Translations under genes and position numbers: made by a program
Notes under the pieces: generated by a model
What the model was told of the DNA's origin: nothing
The model's database searches: none
Seen by the model: only the letters and a program-made list of their open reading frames with translations
Part shown: positions 26,401 to 40,307 of the stretch, piece by piece
Layout: each line of letters begins with the position of its first letter
Position numbering within the stretch: the stretch's first letter is position 1
Assembly: GCA_028534125.1 (NCBI GenBank)
Contig: CM052817.1
Coordinates: 55,988,001 to 56,052,000 of the forward strand
DNA length: 64,000 bases
DNA from: Lama glama
Lineage: Eukaryota
Direction of reading: 5' to 3'

Positions 26401-27318
26401 TCATCTTAAAAATACATTATTGTTAAAACAACAAAAACAAAGCTTGGGCACTCTGTGTGGTGACTGAGCATAGGTTTTGAGGTCAAAAAACATAATTTAA
26501 TTTCTATCACTGGAACTTTCTAGCTTTGCAAGCTTCCGGAAATTACAATTTTCTCTGAGGCTGTTTCCTCATCTCCAAATTAAAGGAGAGGACATAAACA
26601 GAGGTTATTTCTCAAGGTCACATAAATAGCAAGTAAGTAAGACCCGGAAACTAGATTCTCTAAATCCAAATTCATTGTTCTTTCTGTTCTGCTATATTAC
26701 CATCACCTCTGGTTAAACATCTACAAAAAGCAATAAAGAATTCACAATTCATATTCTCAGTTTGGGAAATTCAGACAAGATTTATGTTAGTGCTTATCTC
26801 TACCAGCTGTCTTGAAATCACAAGGCTAAACACAGGCAACAGTTTGCTTGGATTTTCCATTTTGGTTACTTGAAACATATTGCAAGAAGCTTCTGCACCT
26901 TGGTTTAAAGCATAGTTTAGTCAATGGCAAAGACTAACTGTTCTATCAAAGAACCTAAACAAGTACTAGGCATTTCATCAGTTTTCAATCAACTATGCTA
27001 CATGTTTAAAATATAGTTAAAAAGCAATAGCAAAACTAGAAATGTGGCAGAATGCAAAGTAAGAGATAGGCAGGGCCATTTTGCCACCACAAACGAAAGC
27101 AGATGGAGAATCATGTAACTAGGAAAAATCAGAGCCAGCCAGAGTGTATAGCAGAGCCAGCCTGACAAGAGTAGCGCCACTGAAGAACTCAGGAAGATTG
27201 CTCTGCTCTACTTGGGCAACAGCAAGATAGAGGCGGGCCGTGGGCAAAGAATTACTGTCTGGGATTTTTAGACTATCAAGGCAGAGAGTATACTAGTGGA
27301 AGAGTTCCTGCACGACAC

Positions 27319-27408
27319 CTGTGTTACATCTTCTGAACTGACGTTCTCCCTCCCTGGTACTCAGTGAATGATGCTTCAAATGTCCATTTCTTGCTTCTTT
27401 TTAAATAT
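27319..27408 (-). pseudogene. Exon F (90 nt)
   Basis: cttatcacag|ATATTT...ACACAG|gtgtcg (weak donor); IFKKKQEMDI*SIIH*VPGRENVSSEDVTQ. Confidence 0.55.
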
Positions 27409-29653
27409 CTGTGATAAGTCTAGATGTCAGTAAATCTACATAACTGTAAGGATCTTGACCCTCTCTATTTATCCCCATTTATCAAAAAATAACTCAAATA
27501 GTTGCAGTATTTTTTCACTATACTTTGGACATAACATACAGGCCTGGCATTTTAACTGCTTAACAGTATTGCAAGGACAAAAGAAGTTAACAAATATTTG
27601 TAGGTGGATTAACTGAACTATCATATATTTAAATATAGGCTTCTAATCCTTAGTTTTGTCAACTGGGAAAGTATTGAATAAACTTAAACTAATCAAAACC
27701 ACAGTGATATGAAGGACTAAAACCACCATCATCATCATCACCATGAAAAGCAATTCCTAACGACAAATTCAGATTTCATCTCTACCTCATTGTAGAGTTC
27801 CTTCTCAAAACACAGAGAGAGCAACTAATTTTCACTTCTGCACAGAACATGACACAAGCAGCCTTCTATGCTTTTCCAGCTAAGCAGGGTAATGTTTGGG
27901 TTGCTTTCTTCTCTGACTCCACTGATTATAGAACTAAAGTTCTTACTTATCTAGTGAACACAAAGAATCAGTAAAGCATTCCCTGATGGCTTATTACAGT
28001 GTCCTATAGAGTCTATTCCACTATTGTGACATCAGTGTTAGTTTCAAGTAATATTGATTTTTAGTCCTTTTGCTAATTACAGAGAGAGTTAACTATCACA
28101 TAGCACAATTTTGCATTTGTCAACTGATACGCAATCAAACTTGTACTTTGTTCAGACCAAAAGAGAAGATTTGATGCACTGAATTGATTTTGTTTTCCTA
28201 GAAACACCACAGTACTTCCTGAAAACCCAAATCACTTTAAAACAGTAGTTTAATACTTCTTAATCTTGTTTTCTCAATTATTTACAAATAACATATGACT
28301 TCTCCTCCTACTTTACAGAGAAAGTGATACCATAAAATTTAAAGTCCAATTTATTCATTTCCATATATATACACATAAATATATACATATACACACACTT
28401 AAAACCATGCTAATCTCCTTACATCTTGTCTAAAATAGAAGAGTCAAATTCTTTTTATTTTTATGTCAAACAATTTTTTAATACCTCAAGACTTTACCCT
28501 ATAATTTATCCTCTCTCATGTATCTTACAGTTTCTCTTTTTCTCTTACATATTTTCTCAATTTATAAACATGACCAAAGCATCTTTTATCTCAAATCTCC
28601 CCAACTTCAGACCTCATCTTGATGTATATTAAAATAAGTTATAACCTACAGTTATGAAAATAAAATATGACTAGAATAATAACTGATTGTTAAAAATAAT
28701 TTCTAAAAAAGTATGCATTTGACTTAAAATACAAAAGACCTTGAAAGATTATTGAAACAAAAAGTAAAAGAAACATACTATTTGGAAAAACTTGTTGTCT
28801 AACTTAACACCATTCAAAAAATAAATTGATAAAGTTAAATATAGGAAAATACATATATTAATAATATGTTTTGTAGAAAAACTTGAAGTAAAAAACACAA
28901 ATTCCATTAAAAACTAACATACATTCTACAACACAAATTTTCCTGAAGATAAAGACACTATAATGAAAGTTAAAAGATTTTTAAAAAGAAGTGAAAAACA
29001 AGCAAACAAAAAAGATTCAGACAGTCCATTTTCCATGATTAATGAATCATTTGTCAACCAACAAGGTGAGTTTGTGTGTGTTTACAAAGTTGGGACAATA
29101 TTTCCTATTTAATTAATGCTGAGCATGTGAATGACTAATCTTAAAGTGAACAGAGGTTTTTTCACTGAAGGAATTTGCCTAACATATTACATAGGCGTTT
29201 TAACCTCAGACACAACCTTTCATTAATATTTAATTTAAAAAATAGGCTCAAGAGGGGGAAAAAAACACTTTGAAAATCTCTATACCCAAAATAATTGATT
29301 CTTCCATACATATATTTTAGTATCATGATATAAATCTGTATTTTTAACAACTCCTGCACATAGGGAGTTAGGCTAATGAAGCAACTTTCATGGAGACTGT
29401 GAACGGAGCTATTCACCATTATCAGGCATATCCTGTCCTTGATATGCATGTGGTTTTCAACAATTTGAAATAACTATATAGTTTAGTTTCTTGCTTTTAT
29501 GTCAACTTCTAAAAGTTATTAGGTAACTGACAGAACTATCATATATTATTTTTATTTAGTGTTTTATTTACTGAATAAATGTCTGAATTTTTCTGAACCC
29601 TGTAACAAGATCTAGCTTCATTATTCAATAAACAATGTGAATTTTAATATTAC

Positions 29654-29824
29654 CTGCTTAAAAGAAACGAGCACTTTGTCCTTTAGATCAAAGTTGTGCA
29701 TAAAATGGAGGCAATTTTTTTTTATAGGGATAGTATTTCTACAGGTAGTAATCTGTTTTACATATCGTAATAACAGTAGGAATAGCTGTTCTTCTGATGT
29801 ATGCCTTCTCTTGAGAAGCTTTTT
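29654..29824 (-). pseudogene. Exon E (171 nt)
   Basis: gttttctcatag|AAAAAG...AAGCAG|gtaata; fully open in phase 0: KKLLKRRHTSEEQLFLLLLRYVKQITTCRNTIPIKKNCLHFMHNFDLKDKVLVSFKQ. Confidence 0.7.
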
Positions 29825-29919
29825 CTATGAGAAAACATCCATTAAAAGTGTCCAATTTTCTGGAAGAAAATACCAGCCATAAAATGTGCTATTTCATTTC
29901 TAATAATTTATCAACTCAT

Positions 29920-30760
29920 GAGCATAAGATTATAAGCCAAGCATTATTCCAAGAAATTGGAAAAAGAGCAGTCGAGAAAATTGACAAAAATCCATAATTT
30001 TGTGATTTTTAAATTCTAAACTGATAGTAAACAAACAAGTAAATATACAGTATATCAGATGATAAAAAGAAAGCTATAAGAAAAGAAAGCTAGTGATCAA
30101 TAGGAAAACGGAAGCAAATTTATGTAGGATAATCAAGGCAGGGCTCATTCAAAATAGAACATTTGAGCGAACACTGGATGAGACTGAGAGAGCAGGTCAT
30201 GAATCGAAGTGTTTCAAAAGAGTGCAAGTAACTGCTAAGACTCATAGGGAAAAAAAAGTATGCCTGATGTGTTCGCAGAACAAAAAGAAAATCTTTGAGC
30301 AAGAGTGGAGTGGAGTAAATGACAGAGAACTTGGTAAAGGTAAAAGGGGTCATCAGGCTTGTGGGAGAGTGAGGTGGCTGGACTTTGAAGATCATTCTAA
30401 GTGAGATATAAAAGCACTTTTTCCTTTGCGCAGAGGAGGTACACAATTGGGATTGTTTAATTCTATCACTGGCTACTTTATTAAGAGAATGAAGTCTAAG
30501 AAATACGGACAAGGGTAGAGATTTTACAGTAATCCCTATGAGAGATGATGATCACATGGACCAAGCTGGAAGGTGGTGAGAAACAATCACCTTCTGGATA
30601 TTTTTGAAACTATGGATGATTGGTCAGGTGCAGTTTGAAAGACTGTATGAAGGGTAACTAGAAACATATTGATGTGAACAACAGGGAGGTTGGATTTGCA
30701 AAATCATCAAGATGTCCAGAAGTTCATTTGGATGTTTAAAACGGAAATACTAGTGCGGAC
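29920..30760 (-). mobile_element. L2 LINE fragment
   Basis: tagaacatttgagcgaacactggatgag...atcactggctac...agtaatccctatgagagatgatg. Confidence 0.65.
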
Positions 30761-30999
30761 TCACAGTTGAAATTACATGTAAATACATGCAAATAAGAAA
30801 ATGGTTTATGGAGTTACCAATTAATTTTTCTATGCATATTAGATTATAACCTGGCTATTAAGCATATAGGAATTTTTAGAAATATAGTTTAATAGCTTCT
30901 CTGAGTTTCTCTGATATTATTAGGTTGTAACAGCACAAACTGTCTCTGTGATCATGTAAGCACATAGATGTTTTCCAAAACTTTACACAAAATACTTAC

Positions 31000-31124
31000 C
31001 TAATTTTTCAAAAATGTGTACCTTAGTTAAGCAAAATTTGGTAACTTTCTAATCATGCAAATGACTGTGAGGAGGACTGGACTGAGACATGCAGGTGGAC
31101 AAAAGTATAAACAATTATTTTAGC
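31000..31124 (-). pseudogene. Exon D (125 nt)
   Basis: tttttttccaaag|GCTAAA...AATTAG|gtaagt; G*NNCLYFCPPACLSPVLLTVICMIRKLPNFA*LRYTFLKN*, phase 1 to 0; acceptor choice less certain. Confidence 0.55.
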
Positions 31125-33039
31125 CTTTGGAAAAAAATTGTTTTATGGTAGAAAATATTATAAAGGACAGTGAGGACAAAACAGAAGCAAAATTAATTAC
31201 ATTTTAAAGTGTTCATGGATAAATTAAGGTTTTGCTATATTTCTTCACAACTCCTCACTTCCTGTTTCTATTTAGAGTGTTGCCTAGGTTCCTTTCAAAT
31301 ACCATTAATTTGAAGGACAAAATTTCATATGCAAAATGTTGAATGAATAACCCAATTCCACTGACACTTTGTACTGTTATTCATCAGCCAAAGTCAACTG
31401 AAGTCAGTGGAAAATCAGTAATGATTAGTCATACCAGTAATATTATTTTGGAAAAAATTAGAAAGAGTTACTTAGAAATATCACCTGAACTCACAAATTA
31501 TGGTTTGGATTCATACATGAATGAGTCTTATGCATGGAATTAAAAATTCTTACACATATTATAATTCATCATCAAGTGTGTAGTCCAATAATCATACATC
31601 CGAGAGACCCCAAACCCTCTCTTTAATCTTTAAGAATATATTAGCATTTCTTACAAAGTGGGCTTGCAATGTTATCTTTCATCACAGTTTATGACAGAAA
31701 TTATGACACAGTTTAATTTTCCAGAAATTTATAAAATTATTGCATTATTATAATATGACTTTTTAGGTGAGCTTAGTGATCATTCAGAGTCCTAGGAGAG
31801 AGATTTTTTATCATCTTTAGAATGGAAAAACTGGGTATCTTCTATTTCAAATGATTTTTAAACCTTCTGATAATGAAAGTTAGTATTTGAACTCAAGATG
31901 GCTTTAACAGCTCTCACATAGGAGATATGACTCTATTTAAGATATACTTCTTTCTAATCAGTATTTTTACATTGTGTAGTGTCCTTTCATTTAAATCACA
32001 AACACCTTTATATCTCTTCTACTTTAATTATACATAGAATTCTTAGCTTTGGTGTCATTAATATTTTTGCCTAAACCATAACTGTCATATACTAGAATTT
32101 TAAGTCATTGGTTACCACAAATTGTTTTATCAGTGATGAGATAAGGCTCAAGAATGATTACTTTGGAAAGGTTTCCTAGATACTATGAATATATAGTTGT
32201 CCATGTTTAGAAAGCATTATTCTAAAAAACAGTGCTGAAGACATTTAACTTGAAACTAAGAAGTGTGTTTATGTTAATGTTAAGAAACGTCAACAAAGTA
32301 TTTTAAATCCCCTGCTATTTTCTATTTTCTTTCTTTCCCAGAAGGCTGCATACCAGTGGTATTTTGTGAGAGGAATGAATGTATCCCGAGAGCTCCTTTT
32401 CCATCTTGTCCCTTACTTCCGTAAAAGCAGCTATCCTTGGATCTAATTTATATCCATTCATGATTCACACATTTATTCCAGTAGTATCTACTGGTACTTG
32501 TATCCTGTCAGTAATGATTGTAGACTCTGGACAAACAGCAGTAAGCAAAATAGGAAAAGCTTTTGCCCTCATGGAACTTACAGTTTAGTTATAAGAGACA
32601 GGAAATTAACATCTAATCTAATAATTACACAATGTGTCAGAGGGTGTTAAAGACTACGACGAAAAGCAGTCTTCTTCCAATAAGCCTTAACACTTGATGG
32701 AAAATGCCACCATTTAATGATGACAGAATGGCTTTTCAGCTCTGAAAAATGCATGCATCAAAAGTTCTTCCTTCTCTTATATTTTACTATTTGAGCTAAA
32801 AATATTCACTAGATCCTAAGGATTATAATTTGAGAAGAAAAAGTGCTACTATATTTCACAATAAATAATGTGGCTTACTTTTTCAATGTAATATTAAACT
32901 GAATCTTGTTTTTTACTTTCTTTGTATTGAAAGTCATCTATTATTACCATAAGATTTTCTTTTTCAAGCATTTACTGATGTGCCCTGAAAAATGCTAAGT
33001 CATGGCAGTGTGCTCTGGGCTATGGATCTTGACAAACAG

Positions 33040-33260
33040 CATCATCTATAGTGTCAGGCACCTGAGTAAGAATTCTGGCTCTGCAGATTACCAATTGTGA
33101 AATTAGGCAAATTGCTTAAGTTCTCCACACTTCATTATCCCATCTGTATAATACAAATAAAATTAATAACAAAATAATAGGTGTTTTGAAGGATTAAGTA
33201 ACATAATGCAGGTGACAATTATAACTAGACTGATACATGGCAAGTCTTAGTTATTAGCAC
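33040..33260 (+). mobile_element. MIR SINE
   Basis: ttaggcaaattgcttaagttctccacacttcattatcccatctgtataat...gaaggattaagtaacataatgca. Confidence 0.7.
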
Positions 33261-34657
33261 TCCTTATCATTTGAGGACATAAAACCATAAAATTGTTTTC
33301 AGTAATTTTATAATCTAATTGAGAAGTCAATAGAAATATCACAATACAATCAGTAAAGTAATCTAAAGATTATAGGCGCTCTTATGATGGGGTCCATATG
33401 TGTCAGTCCCCTGGGGGCAGGGAGTAATGTAGAAAAGAAAGAAGAGTGTTTCTGGAGGAGAAACTGGTAAATAGGTAGCACAGAATATTTGACTATTAGG
33501 AGTCTCTCCTTCTCCAAATATAGATACAAGTAAATATAGATATGAGCATATAGGTATAGTATAGGTATAGGTATTGATTATAGGTAGATATAGAAAAATA
33601 TAGTGATACAGGTTTGAATATATAGACATAATCCATATTAGCTTTTTCCTGGTCTGCTTGAAGGTACACTTTAGACATCATGCTTCCTTACAAGGACATT
33701 ACCTTATGTAACCACACTACAATATTACACTTCAAGCAATTTAACATTGATATAATAATATTATTTAATATAGTCTATTTTTTTAATTTTTGCCAATTGC
33801 TCCAATACTCTCCTTTATAGCATTTGTTTCCCTTTGATCCAGGACCTACTCAGGACTGTGCTGAATTTAATTTCCCTGTTTAGCCTCTTTAAAATTTGAA
33901 TCTGACTAGATATCTTGATTTTAATTTTGCAAACAGATTCTGCATATTAGCAATGAACATTCTTCATCAAACAAAAATCTCTTCAGTTTCCATACATTTA
34001 AAAAACATCACAGATTTCCATTGTTGATGTATATGTTTTTATAGTTTATATTATTAATGTCTTTTAGAAATGAGAGATTAAGGAAGAGTTCTATGTCTGT
34101 GTTTTAGAAATCATGATGCTTGAAAATGGTTATCATGATCTAGAACAAAAATGGTAATTCAGAATTTATATAAGAATGACAATCATAATCAATCATGTAT
34201 TTTGTCAAATCTGTTAAAAGAAGAAATTCTGAGTTGCAATGAATACTTGTTACACAAGTCAAATCTCTGCAGTTTTTTTCTTAATGTCTGTATTGTGTTA
34301 AAATGTCTGTAGGATATAATCTAGGATATAAAGGAATATTTATTTAAGGTCTCATATTGCATAGGGATCGTGTTTCTCTCATATAAAATAACATGGACCA
34401 AGACCATTCATATTTTAACAGTAAATCTTTTTTTCAATAAGTATTGGATTCAAGCTTAACTGAAATTAAGCAAAACACAATTTTAGTAAAACTGCCACAA
34501 TTGAAAGCCTTAAAAAAAAGTAATCTATTTAAAGTAGCAGTTTTCTTACATTATTAAGGTTAACTTTCATAGAAAAGCATAAAAACGGCCTGAATTCTGA
34601 ATATCCAGCTTTAAGGACTTGCATTTCATGTTTTTCTCTTAAAGGGCTGCTACCTTG

Positions 34658-34660
<3 letters not shown>

Positions 34661-34688
<28 letters not shown>
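34661..34688. repeat. (AC)14 microsatellite
   Basis: Read directly. Confidence 0.95.
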
Positions 34689-35180
34689 CACAAAATATAA
34701 TGGATTTATTTTTGCCTCTGGTATATTGGGTTTGACAAGAAACATATTGAGATGTGGACATTAATGTCCCACGGGGACTCAGTAAGAAGACTTTTAAAGT
34801 ATATATGTACCCTTTTTAAAATCAAAACTCCATTAGATAAATATTTTTTTAAAGCCCTGAGAAAATCATTTTCTTTATCAAGTAGATCTAAAAATATACT
34901 CTATTTGAAATATAACAATGAAGACATTAGTTTTCAGAAATCAGCAAAAATATCTATTTAGAATAAATATGTACACATATACAAAATAATTTTTTAATTT
35001 ATAACTATACCAAAACCAGATTTAAATATTATTTGTAGTTAATCAAGATTTATCAAAAAGTATTTTTTTCTCAGAATCCAACCAGAGACAAAAATGAGAT
35101 GGATAATAAAAACTGATGTGGCAAAAAAGGATCAATGGCACAAAATTTAATCTGCTTTGGGAATTAGTAAATTGGCTTAC

Positions 35181-35233
35181 CTTGATAAGTAAGACAAAAA
35201 GTGTATTTTCCTTCTAAATCCCATCTATCTAAA
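35181..35233 (-). pseudogene. Exon C (53 nt)
   Basis: ttctttcaatag|TTTAG...TATCAAG|gtaagc; (H)LDRWDLEGKYTFCLTYQ, phase 2 to 1, open. Confidence 0.7.
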
Positions 35234-37027
35234 CTATTGAAAGAACCAAATTGTCAGCAGTTTCATTACTCTCCTGAATTTTAAAAGCCTTTCATTCTGA
35301 TGAATATTCATTAAGATTTCTACTACCCAGAAAAAGAAGAAAATCTTCAGTTATAGTTGCAAAGAATATATCTCTGGTGAGACTGGGATCAAGAATCTAA
35401 GAGAGATTATCATCTATATGAAACGATTTATTACATATGAGGTTAGGGTTGAAAAAGAAAGAAGGGGAGGATTTCCAGCATCCCTTGCTGGCTAAGTCTC
35501 CATAATCATTTTAAAAACTGAAGTGAGCAAATTGCTTACTTTAAACCCCGGAAAACAAATGACAATATTTTTACAGATTTAAAGAAATATATGGAAATGT
35601 CTAAAATATATATGTGACTATATATGTGAATCTCTAAATAGTCAACAAGATTCTAAATATTTCTATATTTCACTTGTCACTTGTAAGGTTGGCTGATTTA
35701 CTGAGAAATTAAAGTACCTTCAATAGTCTGAACATCAACGCTAACTAAACTTAAATCATATTGCTTCCATATTTAATCAACATTTTAAATGTTTATGTCT
35801 CCATATTTTACTGCACATGGAGTGTAGTACACTTTCATATTCAAAAAAAGGCACATTCTTACTTATGTTTTGACATTTACGTTGGTATAGTCTACTGTTT
35901 ATAAGTCAGATTAATACAGAAAATGTAGAGCTCTGTTCATGCTCCTTGGGAAGAGGGAGTTTAAGTGGTGATTTCAAAGGCATCCAGCAGCACTTTGGTG
36001 AACAAGGACATTGCCAGTTGATATTAGATGTCTCTCACTCACATGAAAGCATGTGCTGGGATGTTTCCATTCTATATGCAACTATTGTTCCAAGGGTAGC
36101 AAAACTTTGGTTATATCAGAGAAACAGAGAAAAAAGCATTCAGTTCCTTCAAAAATTCTTAGTTTTGATTGTTTTAATCCCCTGTGATATCTTTATAAAT
36201 ATGGAGTAGGATGTGTCTGTTTGCATTTGCTTTAAGATGTATACTAAAGACAACCTGGCAGTATTTGTATCATACTAGCCCCTGAGTACGCTTTTCAAAT
36301 CAACCAAGGAAAAAAGGTCTGCTGTATAAAATAAATTACTCTTTGTATATCGAGCTTTAAGTGCTATTTTATTGATGAGTGGAGAGTCACTCCCTACTAT
36401 ATTAAAAAAAATCAAGAAATTTCTACACATAACCACAACAACATATATTTATAATATTTTATGACTCATTATAATACATTTATCTTTAATTTGTTATATG
36501 GATATATCATATAAAAACAATGGATAACAACTTGAAGGAGACTTTTTTTGTAAAATTGCTATGCAAATAACCTAATTTCACAACAGCTTTTCCAGTGGCC
36601 AGAAACTGCATACTCAAAGGTCAGATATGACATAAATTAATGTCAAGTGACCTCAAGTTTACTCCTCCTATCAATCTAATGCTAAAGTTTTTAATCAGGT
36701 TTATTCCCCTGACCCCTTATCAGCTGATTTGTTTACTGCTATCACTAGCCCCCGCCCCACTTCTTGATACAGATCCCTTTGTTGAGATGCTACAATTTTA
36801 TATCTCAAATCATTTCACCAATTTTTCATTTGTTAAAAAAATCCCACAATCACCCTCCTGAGCCTTCACTCTTTTCCTAAATTCCTACTTCAACTAATGG
36901 CATTATTCTCCCCAGCAATCTCCATTTAACTGATCAGCAAATTCAACTGATGTCCTCTAGAAAATGTTGACTCAGTTTTTCTAATTGTACCTTTGTTGTC
37001 ATGATACCCTTACTGTTCATTGACAGC

Positions 37028-37500
37028 GTGATGGTTAATTTTATGGGTCAACTTGACTGAGTCATGAGGTGCCCAGATATTTGATTAAACATTGTTCTGG
37101 ACAAACCTGTAGGGACGCTTTAGTATGAGATTACCATTTGAATAGATGGGCTAAGAAAAGCTGATTGTCTCCCCTAATGTGAGTGGCCCTCATCCAATCA
37201 GTTGAAGCTCTGAATTGAACAAAAGGCTGACTCACTCCAAGTAAGAGAGAACTCCTGCCTGACTGGCTTGAACTGGGACATCAGTCTTCCTGCTTTCATC
37301 CTCAAACTGAAACATCAGCTCTTCTTAGGCCTCAAACCTGCTGGGCTTTGGACTGAAATTTATACCACTGGCTTTCCTGGTTCCAGGCCTCTAGATTTGG
37401 ACTGGAACCATATAGTTCTCCTAGGTCTCCAGCTTGCCAACTGCAGATCTTGGGAGTTCTCAGGCTTCATAACATGCAAGCCAAAATTATAATATCTCTT
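37028..37500 (+). mobile_element. MLT2 (ERVL) LTR
   Basis: gtgatggttaattttatgggtcaacttgactg...gtgcccagatatttgattaaacatt, characteristic MLT2 start. Confidence 0.85.
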
Positions 37501-38129
37501 GTGCTCTCTCTCTTACCTCACCTCCCTGCCTATCACCCCCTTTTTTGCCAATCCTTTCTCTGAACTGTGGCCTGAATTTTTTTCCCATTCACACATCTGA
37601 GTATGTTATTCTATCTCCTTGCTCATATTTTTAGTTTTCTTAATGATCAGGCATTGATACTATAACAGGATACTTTTTGGATATTTTAACAGGATAATAT
37701 CTTCTTTGTTAAATTAATTTCCTCACTCATTCATTCATTCAACTAATGTTTATAGCATGTTTTACAACACTGTGCTAGACAAACAGGTTATAGTAATGTA
37801 TAACGCAAAATTCCTTTCCTCTGAACTTACATATAGAGAGATAATAAACTGTTTAATAAATAAAAATAAACTATAATTTCAAGTACTAATTAATTTTATG
37901 AGGAAAAAAGAAAATGACTTAGGGGATTAAGACTCATAGAGGATTGCCATTTTAGATAAAGTGGTTAGGAATGACCTGTACAAGGAAATGATGACTGAGC
38001 AAAGATAGGATATAGTCATATTATCACTTCATAAAGAAAGAATGATATTCTAAGTAGAGGTACAAACTAGTAAAATATCTTTTTGATTTATTATAATGAT
38101 AATGATGAAGAACAACGGGGAATTCTAAT

Positions 38130-39440
38130 CATTACAATACTCAGAAAAGGGTCATTGGAGGCATTCTATACGAAAAACAAAATGAAACTGAGCCCATATT
38201 ATACCCCATATTCCCAAACTAATTTCAGGTATGTTACATAGCTAAATCTGTAAGGCCATACTTAAAATACAGGAAAGTATCATCATGATGTTAGTATAGT
38301 AAACACTCTTAAACAAGACACAAAAGGCAATAATTATAGTCCATGATTGATAAATTTGACTTCGTTAAAATTGAGGCCTTCTATTTATTAAAAGAGACCA
38401 TCAAGTAACAGAGAAGCAAATGCTGAGTCTGAAAATTGTGACCCATAAACCTATACAGGCACATATTCAAAATATGCGAACACCACTACAAATCAATAGA
38501 AAACAACAATCACCAAGTAGAAAAATGAGAAAAATTTCTTCAATGGGCATTGCACAACAGAGAAAATCCAAACATCAAAGAGCACATGAAAGTGCTCAAC
38601 TTCACTAGTAATTGGGGAAATGAAAATTAAAATCAATATGTTAAGTATTTCTCCACACTCAACAAACATTAAAAATCTGGCAAAACCTAGTACTAGAGAA
38701 AATGTGGAATAATACAATGCTGTTAAAGTAGAATCAATAATATTTATTTGCAAAAGAGTTTGGTCCACTTCCTCAAGTTGAATATGCTATATTTCACTAA
38801 TTTAACTCTATGTTATATAATCTATGGTATTTCATGCTTATGTGTGGCAGGTTAAATGTGCAGAATGTTTATAACAACATTACTCATAACTCCAACTGGA
38901 AACAAAAAAAAAGTGGTAGAAGTGTGGATCAAATAGGTATGTTTATACAACGTTATGACCACAGTGAGGAAAACGAAAAGTATGTATATCTGTCCTCAAT
39001 AATATTTATGGAATTTTAAAACATAATTTTGTCACCAAAAACAAGCAAAGAGCAAAACAGAACTGCATATGGTATGGATCTATTTATGTATGTATTTATT
39101 TAAAGTATTTAAAAGATGAAAAGGATAAACCTACATACATATTTTTTTCAAGCATGAAACTTTACTGTTTATTGATGCATAATTACATAGGTGTAAGAAA
39201 GTGTAATCAAAAAAAAGTATAGAAGTGATTATCACAAATGTCAGAGCAGTGGTAACCTCTAGGAAATAGGAAAGAAACTGTGACCAGGAAAACACATATG
39301 TGGACTTTCTAGGGGTGCTGGCAATATTCTATTTCCTTATCTAAATAATGGTTACATAAATGTTAGTTTATAACTTACTTAAACTGTACATTTATGTCTA
39401 ATGGATTCTTACATTATATTCCACACAAAAAATTACAGAT
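38130..39440 (+). mobile_element. Old L1 (L1M) ORF2 end and 3'UTR
   Basis: ttgataaatttgacttcgttaaaattg...gggaaatgaaaattaaaatc...ggggtgctggcaatattctatttcctt. Confidence 0.8.
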
Positions 39441-39847
39441 TGAATGAATGTAAATATCTCATGATGAGTGAAAGGAGGTGCCTTCAGATGGCTGTAAAGA
39501 GAGGAGTAATATGACTTTCAATTAACTTAAGCAATATTTATGATCAACTGTAATATTCTAGTTGCTTGTTAGAAGTCCATAGAGAAAACCATCAGAATAT
39601 CTGCTCCAATGGTATTTACACATGTGCGTGCATGAGTAATACATATGCGCCCATAACATAATACATATGAAATCGTACGGTTTGTTACAAGATTCAAGGT
39701 AGGATGATTGGAAGTAAATACAAGATGGGAGTTGTAGTTTGAAATGGGATGATCAGGAAAAGCCTTATTGAGTGGGTAACATCTGAGCAAATACTCGAAG
39801 GAAGTAAGGGAGGTAACCATGCCATGTCTATAGCCAGTGCAAAGACA

Positions 39848-40307
39848 GTGAATAGAATAGTAGCCCCTCCAAAGGTATGTTCAAGTCCAATACCTATAAC
39901 CTCCAATACCTATGAATGTGAAATTATTTAGAAACAGAGACTTTACAGTAGCAATTAAGAATCTAAAAATGAGATTATCCTGGATTTAGAGTGGTCCCTC
40001 AATCCAATGACTGATGTTTTTATAAGAGAAAAAAAAAGGAGGTTTGGGACACAGAGACACACAGCAAGAAGGCCATGTAAAGACAGAGGCAGAGTTTGGA
40101 GCCATGTAATCCCAATCAAAGTATGCCTGCAATCACCGGAAGCTGGACAGGCAAGGATGAATTTTCTCCTAGAGTCTTTGGAATGAGTGAAGCCCTTCAC
40201 ACCTTAATTTTGGCCTCCTGGTGCCTACAACTGTGAGAGAATTTCTTTTGTTCTAATCCACAAAGTTGGTAGTACTTTTTTTATAGTAGCTCTAGGAAAC
40301 TAATACA
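39848..40307 (+). mobile_element. MLT1C/B-like MaLR LTR
   Basis: gagattatcctggattta...gaaggccatgtaaagacagaggcagag...ctaggaaactaataca. Confidence 0.85.

Noticed and set aside
32417..32442. Possible 26-nt minus-strand micro-exon (DPRIAAFTE)
   Set aside because: Poor polypyrimidine tract adjoining L2-like sequence; exons C and D already join in phase without it
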